Assembly: GCA_033551855.1 (NCBI GenBank)
Contig: JAWSUI010000007.1
Coordinates: 1 to 64,000 of the forward strand
Reading direction: 5' to 3'
DNA length: 64,000 nt
Source: Deferrisomatales bacterium
GTDB lineage: Bacteria; Desulfobacterota; Deferrisomatia; Deferrisomatales; JACRMM01
Shown: positions 34,167 to 43,937 of the stretch, one piece after another
Numbering within the stretch: the stretch's first letter is position 1
Layout: every line of letters starts with the position of its first letter
Made by a program: the position numbers and the translations under genes
Notes under the pieces: model-generated
Told to the model about the DNA's origin: nothing
The model's input: only the letters and a program-made list of their open reading frames with translations
The model's database searches: none

Positions 34167-35735
34167 ATGACAACGACACTGGATCTGCCCGAACGCTTCA
34201 ACGCCGCCGACCACTTCATCGATCGCAACGTGCGGGCCGGCCGGGGGCAGAAGGTCGCGGTCCTCTGCGAGGACCGTTCCCTCACCTACGAACAGGTCCA
34301 GGCCGGCGTGAACCGCTTCGGGAACGCTCTGCGGTCCTTCGGGGTTCGCATGGAAGAGCGGGTGGCCCTGCTCCTCCTCGACACGGAGGTCTATCCCCAG
34401 GCCTTCTTCGGGGCCATCAAGATCGGGGCCGTTCCCGTCTGCCTGAACACCCTCCTGCGCCCCAAGGACTACCAGTACATGCTCAACGACAGCCGGGCCC
34501 GGGTGCTGGTGATCGACGCCGGCCTCCTGGAGTGCATCGAGCCCATTCGCGGCGCCCTGCAGTTCGTCGAGGCGGTGATCGTGGCCAACGGTGCCGCCCC
34601 GGCGGGCGACCGCAACCTGGCCGACGTCGTGGCCTCCCAGCCGGCACACCTCGACGCGGCGCCGACCACTCCGGACGACGCGTGCTTCTGGCTCTACAGC
34701 TCGGGGTCCACCGGAGACCCGAAGGGAACCGTGCACCGCCAGCGGGACATGGTGTTCGCCGCCGAGACCTACGGGAAGAAGGTTCTGGGCATCCAGCCGG
34801 AGGACGTGTGCTTCTCCGCCGCCAAGCTCTTCTTCGCCTACGGCCTGGGCAACGGCCTGTACTTCCCCTTCAGCGTGGGGGCCACCGCGGTCTACCTGCC
34901 GGGCCGTCCCACCCCCGCGGCCGTCTACGAGACGATCCGGCACCACCGGCCCACCCTGTACTTCGGCGTGCCCACCCTCTACGGCTATCTCCTCGAGGAG
35001 CCCGGCGACCTGGAGGGCGTGCGCCTGTGCGTCTCGGCCGGCGAGGCCCTCCCGGCGGACATCCTGAAGCGCTGGCGCGACCGCTTCGGCCTGGACATCC
35101 TGGACGGCATCGGTTCCACCGAGATGGCCCACATCTTCCTCTCCAACCGCCCCGGAGAGATCCGGCCCGGCTGCACCGGCCGCGTGGTCCCCGGCTACGA
35201 GGCCCGGATCGTGGACGAGAACCTCCGCGACGTGCCCGACGGTGAAGTGGGCACCCTCCTGGTGAAGGGGGAGAGCTCGGCCGCCTACTACTGGAACAAG
35301 CGCGAAAAGACCCAGCAGACCATGCTCGGCGCCTGGCTCAACACCGGTGACAAGTTCTTTCGGGACGAGGAGGGGTTCTACTACTACGCGGGCCGAACCG
35401 ACGACATGCTCAAGGTTGGGGGGATCTGGGTTTCACCCGTCGAGGTGGAAGGCGCGATCATCTCCCACCCCGCCGTCCTGGAGTGCGCCGTCGTCTCCGC
35501 AGTGGACGAAGAAGACCTGGTCAAGCCCAAGGCGTACGTGGTGCTCCAACCGGGTCGCGAGGCGTCGCCGGCCGTGGAGAGGGATATCAAGGAGTACGTG
35601 AAGAAGTCCCTGGCGCACTACAAGTACCCCCGGTGGATCGAGTTCGTGGGGGACCTTCCGAAGACGGCGACCGGGAAGCTCAAGCGCTTCGAACTGAGGG
35701 ACCGCACGTCCGAGCAGGAGGCCGCGGCCGCCTGA
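34167..35735 (+). CDS. Benzoate-CoA ligase family protein
   Basis: FWLYSSGSTGDPKG, AAKLFFAYGLGN, SAGEALP, LDGIGSTEMAHIFLSN, LPKTATGK. Confidence 0.9.
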   Translation: MTTTLDLPERFNAADHFIDRNVRAGRGQKVAVLCEDRSLTYEQVQAGVNRFGNALRSFGVRMEERVALLLLDTEVYPQAFFGAIKIGAVPVCLNTLLRPKDYQYMLNDSRARVLVIDAGLLECIEPIRGALQFVEAVIVANGAAPAGDRNLADVVASQPAHLDAAPTTPDDACFWLYSSGSTGDPKGTVHRQRDMVFAAETYGKKVLGIQPEDVCFSAAKLFFAYGLGNGLYFPFSVGATAVYLPGRPTPAAVYETIRHHRPTLYFGVPTLYGYLLEEPGDLEGVRLCVSAGEALPADILKRWRDRFGLDILDGIGSTEMAHIFLSNRPGEIRPGCTGRVVPGYEARIVDENLRDVPDGEVGTLLVKGESSAAYYWNKREKTQQTMLGAWLNTGDKFFRDEEGFYYYAGRTDDMLKVGGIWVSPVEVEGAIISHPAVLECAVVSAVDEEDLVKPKAYVVLQPGREASPAVERDIKEYVKKSLAHYKYPRWIEFVGDLPKTATGKLKRFELRDRTSEQEAAAA

Positions 35736-35790
35736 AAAACGCCCGGGGCGCCGTCTGGCGGCGCCCCCTGCCCCGAGCACAGGAGACGAT

Positions 35791-36108
35791 GTGAAGACGA
35801 AACCGCAATCCTCGTGGCGTGGCCTCTTCCTGCTGGCCTTCGCCGTCCTGACCCTGATGACCTGGTCCCCCCTGGGGTATGGGAGCTACGGCCCCCCCCA
35901 GAGGGTCTTCGGCGTGCCCGACTGGGTCGTCATCGCGCTTGCCGCAGGGGTGGTGCTCTTCGTGCTCCAGTGGATCTACCTCTTCCACAGCGGCCTCGCC
36001 CTGGGGGACGAGGACATGGAAAGAATCCTGTCCCGGCTGAAGGAGGACCAGGCAAGGGAACGGGCTGCCGCCCTCCAGGTAGTCGAGCGAGAGGCGGTGA
36101 ACTCATGA
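35791..36108 (+). CDS. Small two-TM partner of the symporter
   Basis: Two hydrophobic helices; ACAGGAG SD; ATGA-coupled to the symporter. Confidence 0.75.
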   Translation: MKTKPQSSWRGLFLLAFAVLTLMTWSPLGYGSYGPPQRVFGVPDWVVIALAAGVVLFVLQWIYLFHSGLALGDEDMERILSRLKEDQARERAAALQVVEREAVNS

Positions 36109-37592
36109 TGGCCTTTCTCATCATCATCACCCTGTGCCTCGTCTCCGCCTTCGCGGGGTACCTGGCCTACCGCCGGGGGTTCACCCGCACCGCGGACGAC
36201 TACTTCGTCGCCGGCTCGAGCCTGGGGTATTTCGTGCTGATCTTCAGCCTGCTGGCCTCGTTCCTCAGCGCGTTCTCCATGTTCGGGATGTCGAGTCTGG
36301 GGTACCGCACGGGCTTCGTGGCGCTCTTCGTGCTGTGCATCAATCTCGTGCCCCTGGGATATCTCTGGTACTTCATCCACCGGAAGACCTTCCTCCTGGG
36401 CAAGGCCCGGGGCTGGCAGTCGATGGGAGCCCCCTTCGGGGAGCGCTACGGCACCGGGATGCGCCTGCTTATCCCCGTGGTGACGATCCTCGCCTCGATC
36501 CCCTATCTCGTCGCCCAGATCCAGGGCATCGGCGTCATGATCGAGGCCATGACCGAGGGGCTTCTCCCCTACGGTTCCGGCCTGGTGTTCGTCCCCGCCT
36601 TCATCGCCCTGTATCTCATCATGGGCGGCATGAAGGGGGCGGCCTGGGCCAACACCATCCAGGGAATCTTCTTCTCCCTCATGGTCTTCGTGCTGTTCTT
36701 CGTGGTGATGGCGAAGAACGGGGGCTTCCTGGCCACCATGGACCTCGTCTTCGCGAAGCACCCCGAGCTCTTCGAGCTGGGGGCCAAGGGCGGCAAGGTG
36801 TGGAGCCTGCCCATGATCTTCGGTTTCGCCTCCGCCATGTGCCTGGGGTGCATCTGCTTCCCCCAGCCCTACATGCACGCCTACTCCAGCCGCTCTCCCA
36901 ACGGCTTCAAGGCGATGGTGCTGTCCTTCGGCGGCCTGTGCATCGTCCTGATCACCGCGACCACCCTAGTGGGCATCGCGTCCACCATCCTGGTTCCGGG
37001 CCTCATCGGCCTGGAAGCCGACAAGGTCTACGGGCTCACGGCCCGCCAGGTGCTACCCGACGCCCTGGCGGCCCTGGCGGTAGCGGGTGGGTTCACGGCG
37101 GCGATGTCCACGGTGAACGGGCTCGTCTTCGGCAACGCCATGAACATCGCCAACGACATGTACCGGTACTTCCGGCCCGCGGCCAAACCCGAGCACTTGG
37201 TGGGCATCGCGCGGTGGGCGGTGGCGGGGCTCCTGCTGATCTCGGTGATCATCGCGTGGAACCCGACGACCCCCGTGGCCGAGCTCTCGGTCATGGCCTT
37301 CGGGCTGATCGCGGTGACCCTGTTCCCCCTCTTGGGCGCCTACTTCTGGCAGCGGGCCACCCGCTGGGGCGCCATGGCCTCCACGGTGATCGGGGTGGGC
37401 CTGAACCTGGCCTTTTTCTTCGGCGCCGGTTCCCGGGCAGTGCTCAACCCGCTGCCCGCCTTCTGGAACCTCAACGGCTTCCTGGTCGCCTTCATCGGCG
37501 CCGGGGTGGCGTTCGTGGTCGTGAGCATGCTGACCCGCCCGGGGGAAGTGGAGAGGAACAGCCTGCCGGTCTTCTTCCACCCCGCCCTGTAG
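36105..37592 (+). CDS. Sodium:solute symporter family protein
   Basis: DDYFVAG, SAFS, GGMKGAAWANTIQ, AAMSTVNG; many TMs. Confidence 0.9.
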   Translation: MMAFLIIITLCLVSAFAGYLAYRRGFTRTADDYFVAGSSLGYFVLIFSLLASFLSAFSMFGMSSLGYRTGFVALFVLCINLVPLGYLWYFIHRKTFLLGKARGWQSMGAPFGERYGTGMRLLIPVVTILASIPYLVAQIQGIGVMIEAMTEGLLPYGSGLVFVPAFIALYLIMGGMKGAAWANTIQGIFFSLMVFVLFFVVMAKNGGFLATMDLVFAKHPELFELGAKGGKVWSLPMIFGFASAMCLGCICFPQPYMHAYSSRSPNGFKAMVLSFGGLCIVLITATTLVGIASTILVPGLIGLEADKVYGLTARQVLPDALAALAVAGGFTAAMSTVNGLVFGNAMNIANDMYRYFRPAAKPEHLVGIARWAVAGLLLISVIIAWNPTTPVAELSVMAFGLIAVTLFPLLGAYFWQRATRWGAMASTVIGVGLNLAFFFGAGSRAVLNPLPAFWNLNGFLVAFIGAGVAFVVVSMLTRPGEVERNSLPVFFHPAL

Positions 37593-37638
37593 CCCCGTGC
37601 GGGGGCGCGCCGCTCCCGCCCGCGCCGGCGCAGCGAAC

Positions 37639-37670
37639 GAAGCCGCCCCCCGTGCACGGGAGGCGGCTTC
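37639..37670. terminator. Hairpin between convergent genes
   Basis: GAAGCCGCC...GGCGGCTTC stem; no U-tract. Confidence 0.45.
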
Positions 37671-38526
37671 ATTCCAGGGGCAACCCCACCCAGAGGTAGT
37701 CCGCGTCGTCCGCCGTGACCCCCGCGCGGTCGAGGCGGTTGGGGATCTCGGGCACCACGATGCGCATGGGAAACGGGGCGATCCGCTGGACCTGGTCGGG
37801 GATCCCCCGCTTCCACGCGTGGCCGCTTCCCGCCAGGACCACCACGGTGTGGTCCGGGTTGTCTTCGAGGAAGCCCACCACGTGCACCGCCATCGCCGTG
37901 TCCCACAGGATCTGGGCCTCGCAGAAATTCCGGAAGGCGCGCCCCTCGTGGCCGTGCATCCCCAGGGCCCGGCGGATGAAGTCCTCGTAGGTCTCGTCGA
38001 CCTCGCAGCGCACCTCGGGCAACTCCCCGAGCTGCTCCTGGGTCAGGCTCTCGAACCCGTCCCGGGCCACCTGGCGGATGGTGTGCTGGGGTACGTTGAG
38101 ACCCACGAGGGGGATCCCGTGTTCCCGGGCGTACAGGAAGATGTCCCGGTAGTAGACCCACGGCATGCCCCAGTTCTCGTAGTAGATCGGCAGAAACTCC
38201 TCCAGGGAGAGGCTGCCCTCGACCCAACGGTCCAGCAGGTGCTGGTTCTCGGCGCGGAACATCTCCAGCCCCACGGCGACGGGCCGGTCGGCCTCGTGGA
38301 AAGCCCGTATGACCTGGATTTGGGCCGCGTGGTGGGACCGCTGGTCGTGGAGCTCGCCCACGAAGACGAGCCTGGCCCCGGCGAGATCGGGCATGGCTTG
38401 GGCCAGGGACAGGCGCGCGCCGTCCGCCACGCGGAGGAGCCCCTCCCACGTCCCGGTCCGAGGGGTCAGGACCGCGTGCAATACCAGAAGCGCCACCGCG
38501 GCGCTTACCCAGGCGTACTTCCTCAC
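37669..38526 (-). CDS. ChaN-family (heme/iron-uptake-like) exported protein
   Basis: VFVGELHD...HH, VGLEMF, AQILWDTAMA, LAGSGHA. Confidence 0.82.
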   Translation of the reverse strand: MRKYAWVSAAVALLVLHAVLTPRTGTWEGLLRVADGARLSLAQAMPDLAGARLVFVGELHDQRSHHAAQIQVIRAFHEADRPVAVGLEMFRAENQHLLDRWVEGSLSLEEFLPIYYENWGMPWVYYRDIFLYAREHGIPLVGLNVPQHTIRQVARDGFESLTQEQLGELPEVRCEVDETYEDFIRRALGMHGHEGRAFRNFCEAQILWDTAMAVHVVGFLEDNPDHTVVVLAGSGHAWKRGIPDQVQRIAPFPMRIVVPEIPNRLDRAGVTADDADYLWVGLPLE

Positions 38527-38582
38527 GAAGTATCCCTCCTAACGCCGCCCGGCCCCGGGGTGGCCTCGGTCCCAGCGGCCCC

Positions 38583-38741
38583 CTACAGCTCCGAGAGCCA
38601 CTCGGCGAGCTTGGCCGCGGCGACCGTGAGCAGGTAGAAGAGCGCGGTCCAGAAGGCGAGGTGGACCCACCAGCCGAGCCCGCGCCCGCCCAGGGGACCG
38701 AGACCCCCGCCACCGGGGGGCAAGGGCGTCTGGGAGCTCAC
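38583..38741 (-). CDS. Putative 52-aa single-TM protein
   Basis: GTGA overlap with the kinase stop, GAGGAGG SD, hydrophobic WWVHLAFWTALFYLLTVAAA. Confidence 0.5.
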   Translation of the reverse strand: MSSQTPLPPGGGGLGPLGGRGLGWWVHLAFWTALFYLLTVAAAKLAEWLSEL

Positions 38742-39751
38742 CGGGTTCCCTCCTCGCCGGCTTGTCCCCGGTTCCCTCCCACCGGCGCCGGAACCAGCGG
38801 GATCTCGGCCCAAAAGCAGCTCCCGCCCCCGGGCTCGTTGCGAGCTCCCACCCGGCCCCCGTGGAGGGCCACGATCTCACGACAGATGTGGAGCCCGAGC
38901 CCGAAACCCTTGGGCTCTCCCGCCCCCCCGGGGCGGCCCCCCGCAAACCGCTGAAAGAACAGCGGGAGAAGCCCCTCATCGAAACCGGGCCCCCGGTCCG
39001 CCACCTCCCAACGGATCACATCCCCCCGGAGGGCAACCCGAATCGAGACCTCCTTTCCCCGGGGCGAGAACTTGATGGCATTCTGCACGAGGTTTCCCAG
39101 GGCCTGCCGCAGGCGCTCGGGGTCGCATTCCGCTCCGGGAAACCCGGGGTCAAGCTCCAACCGGAGCGCCACCTCCTTCTGGCGGGCCTCCTCCCGGTGC
39201 ATCTCCACCAGGTCTTGGGCGAGCACTGCGAGACTGACCACCCGCGGCTCCAGGGAGAGCCGTCCCTCGTCCAGCCGGCGGACGGTGCGCAGATCCTCCA
39301 CCATGCGGTTCATCGTCCGAACGGCCTGAAGAATCCGGTCCACATACCCCTGCTGCCGCTCGTTCAGCCCGCCCGCGGCCAGCAGCAGCTGCGAAAACCC
39401 CTGGATCGCCACCAACGGGGTGCGAAGGTCGTGAGCCACGATCCCCAGGAGCTCGTCCTGCTGCCGCTGGAGCCGGGCCAACCGCCCGCCCAGGGCCGAG
39501 GCATCATGCCGTATCGAGCGCAGACGGCGGCGGCACTCCTCCAGGGTCTCGGCCGCGGCGGGCCCTTCCTCCCGGGCGGTTCCTGCCTCCTCTCCCTCTG
39601 TCGCCCCTCGTTCGGACAGGCGCTCCAGGAGCGCCGTCAGCAGGGCCTCCACCTCACTCCACGCCCCGAGCACCGGTTCGGCCTGCCAGCCGTCACCCTC
39701 GTTCTCCCCCGGCACCCCTTCCCCGCACTCTCCTCCCGGCCTCTCGACCAT
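38738..39751 (-). CDS. Orphan cytoplasmic histidine kinase
   Basis: AHDLRTPL, NLVQNAIKF, DRGPG, GFGLGL; GGAGGA SD. Confidence 0.88.
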   Translation of the reverse strand: MVERPGGECGEGVPGENEGDGWQAEPVLGAWSEVEALLTALLERLSERGATEGEEAGTAREEGPAAAETLEECRRRLRSIRHDASALGGRLARLQRQQDELLGIVAHDLRTPLVAIQGFSQLLLAAGGLNERQQGYVDRILQAVRTMNRMVEDLRTVRRLDEGRLSLEPRVVSLAVLAQDLVEMHREEARQKEVALRLELDPGFPGAECDPERLRQALGNLVQNAIKFSPRGKEVSIRVALRGDVIRWEVADRGPGFDEGLLPLFFQRFAGGRPGGAGEPKGFGLGLHICREIVALHGGRVGARNEPGGGSCFWAEIPLVPAPVGGNRGQAGEEGTR

Positions 39752-39996
39752 CGATCCTCCTTCCCAGACGAGGCAATCTAGCAGAAGTCGCACCCCCGGC
39801 AAAGACGGCCGGCCCCTCCCAGAATCCACCCTCACGTCCCGGGGCGGGGGCTGGGAGCCCCGGACAGCAGCCCCGTACCGCATCGACCGACCCGCCGGGA
39901 CTTTCCCCCTCCCCCCCACCGATAGTACCCTGGGCGCGTCCTGTTTCGCAGGAACCCCTTCCGGGCCCCTGCCCCAACCCACCGCGAGAGACAACC

Positions 39997-42954
39997 ATGG
40001 CGGAACTCGGTCTCCACGAGGGCGACAGCCTTCACGGCTTCCACATCCATCGGATCACCCCCCTCGAAGAGCTCAACGCGACCCTCGCACAGCTCGAGCA
40101 CGCCCCCACCGGCGCCCGCTGGCTGCACCTGGCCAGCGCCGACGACAACAACCTCTTCGCCGTGGGCTTCCGCACGCCGCCCCCTGACTCCACCGGCGCA
40201 CCCCACATCCTCGAGCACACGGTGCTGTGTGGGTCGCGGAAGTACCCCGTGCACGACCCGTTCTTCGCCATGCTTCGGCGCAGCCTGAGCACCTTCATGA
40301 ACGCCCTCACCGCGGACGACTGGACCCTCTACCCGTTCTCCACCCAGAACCGGAAGGACTTCTACAACCTGATGGCGGTCTACCTCGACGCGGCCTTCTT
40401 TCCCCTGTTGCGGGAGCGGGACTTCCGGCAGGAAGGACACCGGCTGGAGTTCGCCGACCCGGAGGCCCCGACAACGCCCCTGCAGATCAAAGGGGTCGTC
40501 TACAACGAGATGAAGGGCCACATGTCGGACCCCCGCTCCCTGCTGGGAACCCGGGTGGCCGAGGCGCTCTACCCGACCACCCCCTATGGGAAGAACGCCG
40601 GCGGCGAACCCCGCCACATCCCGGACCTCACCTGGGAAGGCCTCAAGGCCTTCCACGCCGCCTGTTACCACCCCAGCAACGCCTACTTCTTCAGCTATGG
40701 AGACCTCCCCCTGGAGCCCCACCTGGCCTTCGCGGCCCGGGAGGTCCTGGGGGCGTTCGGCCGGATCGACCCGGGCACCGCGGTCGGGGTCGAAGAGCGC
40801 TTCTCCAGTCCCCGCAAGGAGTCTGCCGGCTACCCCATCGATGCGGGGGAGCCGACCGCCGGGAAGGCGATGGTGCAGGTGGCCTGGCTCACCTGTCCCA
40901 TCACCGACCACACGGAGCGCCTCGGCCTGGACCTCCTCTCGGAGCTCCTCCTCGGCAACCCGGCGGCGCCGTTGCACAAGGCGCTCCTGGACTCGAAGCT
41001 TGGGGCGAACCTCGCGCCGGGGTCGGGGTTCCTGGGGGAGAACCGGGAGACCCACTTCGCCGCCGGACTCCAGGGGACCGAGCCCGAGCGGACCGAGGCC
41101 ATCGAGGCGCTGGTCCTCGAGACCCTGGAGGAGGCCTCCCGGACGGGGTTCACGCGGGAGCGCATCGAGGGGGCCATCCAGCAGGTGGAGCTCGCCCACC
41201 GGGAGGTGCGCGGCGACCACTATCCCTACGCCCTGTCCCTCCTCTCCCGGGTCATGGGCCCGTGGATCCACGGGGCCGAGCCCGCCGAAGCCCTGCGGGT
41301 GGCCGAGAGGCTCGCCGAGATCCGGGGGGCGGTGGCGGCGGGCCCCTATTTCGAAGAGCTCATTCACCGCCAACTCCTGGAGAACCCCCACCGGGTGACC
41401 CTCACCTTGCGGCCGGACCCGGACCTCAAGGCGCGCCAGGAGGCCGAGGAGGCAGCGCGGGTGGCTGCGGTGCGGGAGCGCCTGTCGGAGGCCGACCGGC
41501 AGGAGCTGGTGGAGCGCGCCCGAGAGCTCCGGGAGGCCCAGGAGGCGGAGGAGGACGTCTCGGTCCTGCCCTCGGTCGGACTCGAGGACATCCCCCGGGA
41601 GGAACGCCCCGTCTCCAGCGAGGTGGAGGACCGGGGAGCCGTGTCGCTCGGGTGGTTCGACCAGCCCACCAACGGCATCGGGTATTTCCTGGCGCACGTG
41701 GAGGCGGGCGGCGTCCGCAGCGACCTCTCCCCCTATCTTCCCTTCTTCTGCGCAGCCCTGCCCCTCGTGGGGGCGGCGGGTCAGCCCTACACGGCCATCG
41801 CCGAACGCATCGCCGCCGCCACCGGGGGGGTCGGCGCCGGGGTCGGGGTCCTCGACAACCCCGAGGGGGGGGGGGTCCGGGCCGTGCTGGAGGTTACCGG
41901 CAAGGCCCTCGTGCCGAATCTGGACAAGCTGTACGGAATCCTCGCGGACCTCCTTGGCTCCGCGGACTTCACGGACCGGGAGCGCCTCCACACCATCCTC
42001 AACCAGCTCCGGGTCAACCTGGAGAACTCGCTCCCCGCCATGGGGCATCGTTACGCCGCCCGGGCGGCGGCCGCCACCCTAACCCCCGGAGCCCAGCTCC
42101 GAGAGAGCTGGTCCGGGGTGGAGTACATCCGCTTCGTCCGCGGGCTCGCCGGGAAGCGCCCGGAGGAGCTCGGACCCGCGGCAGGACAGCTCGCGGCCAT
42201 CGCCGGCGCCCTGCCGTGCCGGGAGCGAATGGCCTGCGCCGTGACGGGCGAGGCGCGCGCGTTCCCGCAGGCCCGGGAAGCAGTCGCGCCCTTTCTCTCC
42301 GCCCTCCGGACCGGGAGCCCTCCCGCCCAGCCCGGTCCCCCGGCGCCCTGGCAGGAATCCCCCGCCCGCCTGGGCCTGGCGGCCTCCCTGCCGGTTTCCT
42401 ACGTGGCGCGGGTCTTCCGAGGGGTCCCCTACACCCATCCCGATGCCCCCGGCTTGACGGTGCTCGCCAAGCTCCTCAAGGCGGGCTACCTCCACCGGGA
42501 GATCCGGGAGCGGGGGGGTGCCTACGGCGGGATGGCCGGGTACGCCCCGGAGGCCGGCCTCTTCTCCCTCCTCTCTTACCGCGACCCCCACGTGGTGCGC
42601 ACCCTGAGGGTGTTCGCCGACGCCGCCCGGTGGGCCGCCGCAGGCCGCTTCAGCGCCCAGGATGTCAAGGAGGCCGTGCTCGGCGTGTTCAGCGACCTGG
42701 ACACCCCGCTCTCCCCCGCGGGAAAGGCGGCCCGGGAGTTCGCAAACCAGCGCCAGGGGCTGAGCCGGGAATTGCGCCAGAGATTCCGGGAGGGCTTGCT
42801 GGCCGCGTCCTCCCAGGGCCTCTCGTCCCTGGCGGAGCGGTACCTGGTGGCCGGGCGGCCGGGAAGCGCCGTGGCCGTTCTGGCAGGAGAAGAAGCCCTC
42901 CAGCGGGCCAACGAGGAGCTCGGGGACGAGGCACTGGAGATCCGGCGGGTGTGA
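39997..42954 (+). CDS. M16C insulinase-family (presequence protease-like) metallopeptidase
   Basis: PHILEHTVLCGS.KYP, KGVVYNEMKG, YHPSNA, IRERGGAYGG, SYRDP. Confidence 0.93.
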   Translation: MAELGLHEGDSLHGFHIHRITPLEELNATLAQLEHAPTGARWLHLASADDNNLFAVGFRTPPPDSTGAPHILEHTVLCGSRKYPVHDPFFAMLRRSLSTFMNALTADDWTLYPFSTQNRKDFYNLMAVYLDAAFFPLLRERDFRQEGHRLEFADPEAPTTPLQIKGVVYNEMKGHMSDPRSLLGTRVAEALYPTTPYGKNAGGEPRHIPDLTWEGLKAFHAACYHPSNAYFFSYGDLPLEPHLAFAAREVLGAFGRIDPGTAVGVEERFSSPRKESAGYPIDAGEPTAGKAMVQVAWLTCPITDHTERLGLDLLSELLLGNPAAPLHKALLDSKLGANLAPGSGFLGENRETHFAAGLQGTEPERTEAIEALVLETLEEASRTGFTRERIEGAIQQVELAHREVRGDHYPYALSLLSRVMGPWIHGAEPAEALRVAERLAEIRGAVAAGPYFEELIHRQLLENPHRVTLTLRPDPDLKARQEAEEAARVAAVRERLSEADRQELVERARELREAQEAEEDVSVLPSVGLEDIPREERPVSSEVEDRGAVSLGWFDQPTNGIGYFLAHVEAGGVRSDLSPYLPFFCAALPLVGAAGQPYTAIAERIAAATGGVGAGVGVLDNPEGGGVRAVLEVTGKALVPNLDKLYGILADLLGSADFTDRERLHTILNQLRVNLENSLPAMGHRYAARAAAATLTPGAQLRESWSGVEYIRFVRGLAGKRPEELGPAAGQLAAIAGALPCRERMACAVTGEARAFPQAREAVAPFLSALRTGSPPAQPGPPAPWQESPARLGLAASLPVSYVARVFRGVPYTHPDAPGLTVLAKLLKAGYLHREIRERGGAYGGMAGYAPEAGLFSLLSYRDPHVVRTLRVFADAARWAAAGRFSAQDVKEAVLGVFSDLDTPLSPAGKAAREFANQRQGLSRELRQRFREGLLAASSQGLSSLAERYLVAGRPGSAVAVLAGEEALQRANEELGDEALEIRRV

Positions 42955-43124
42955 CGGGACGGACGGGTCCCCCACGTCGCCTAGGCCAGGGCAGGACCCT
43001 CCTAACCTCGGAGGGCGATTGGCCGGTCTTAGGAGAGACCTCTGTGTGCAACCGCGGTTCGAGGCGCGAGTCGGGCAGCAGCAACCGTCGCGATCGCCTG
43101 GGTTCTCGTCTGGACCGGGACGGC

Positions 43125-43730
43125 TCACATCACACGAAACACCGGCAAATGCAGGCCCCGGCGGATCGCGAGCACCCGAAGCGCCACCACGGTCAGGAAC
43201 CCAGCCCCGAACGCGACAGGGTCTTGCAACCCCGCGACCTGCAACGCCAGGCACAGGACGATCCCAGCGATCGCCGCCGTAGCGTAGATCTCCTTCTGGA
43301 GGACGAGCGGCACCCGCGCCGTGATGACGTCTCGCAAGATGCCGCCGGTTACGCCGGTCATGGTGCCCATGATCACCACGATGAGGGGGGAGTGCTGGGC
43401 CGACAACGCCAACTTGGCGCCGGACATCGCGAAGAGCGCCAATCCCAGCGCATCGGCCACCAAGAACGAGATCCCCGGCAGTGGCCGGCAGCGCAGATAG
43501 GCGACCGTTGCCGCCGTGGACGCGAGGATGACCGTCAGGTACCAGGTGTCGATGACCCAGAAGATGGGATGCCGGTTCAGCAGGAGGTCCCGGAGCGTCC
43601 CGCCTCCGATCGCCGTCAGCACGGCGACGATGGCGATTCCGAACAGATCCAGATTCCGATCACGGGCAGCCATCACGCCGCTGGCGGCGAATACCGCCAC
43701 GCCGGCAAGATCCAGATAGTACAAAGGCAC
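43125..43730 (-). CDS. TRIC/YadS-family membrane protein
   Basis: DLAGVAVFAASG, TAIGGGTLRDLLL, DALGLALF, GGILRDV, EIYATAA. Confidence 0.88.
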   Translation of the reverse strand: MPLYYLDLAGVAVFAASGVMAARDRNLDLFGIAIVAVLTAIGGGTLRDLLLNRHPIFWVIDTWYLTVILASTAATVAYLRCRPLPGISFLVADALGLALFAMSGAKLALSAQHSPLIVVIMGTMTGVTGGILRDVITARVPLVLQKEIYATAAIAGIVLCLALQVAGLQDPVAFGAGFLTVVALRVLAIRRGLHLPVFRVM

Positions 43731-43937
43731 GTGCGCTCCTCGCGTCACACGGAAGAACGGGCCGCCTCCGGCCCACGGGCCGGCCTGCACACCCGGGTTC
43801 GCGTTTCCCTTCGAGCTATGGCTCGGAAGGCGTGCCTTCCCGCACCACCTTGGCCGCGCGGATCGCTTCGAAAACCTGAAAGACAAGCCTGTGCCGGATG
43901 ACGATGGACTCTCACCGCGCCCCGAGGCGGCGCCGCC

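Noticed and set aside
40227..43901. 1224-aa ORF and other long alternative-frame or antisense ORFs (e.g. 24429-27227, 39832-42048)
   Set aside because: Shadow ORFs expected in high-GC DNA; they overlap well-supported genes and have no motifs.
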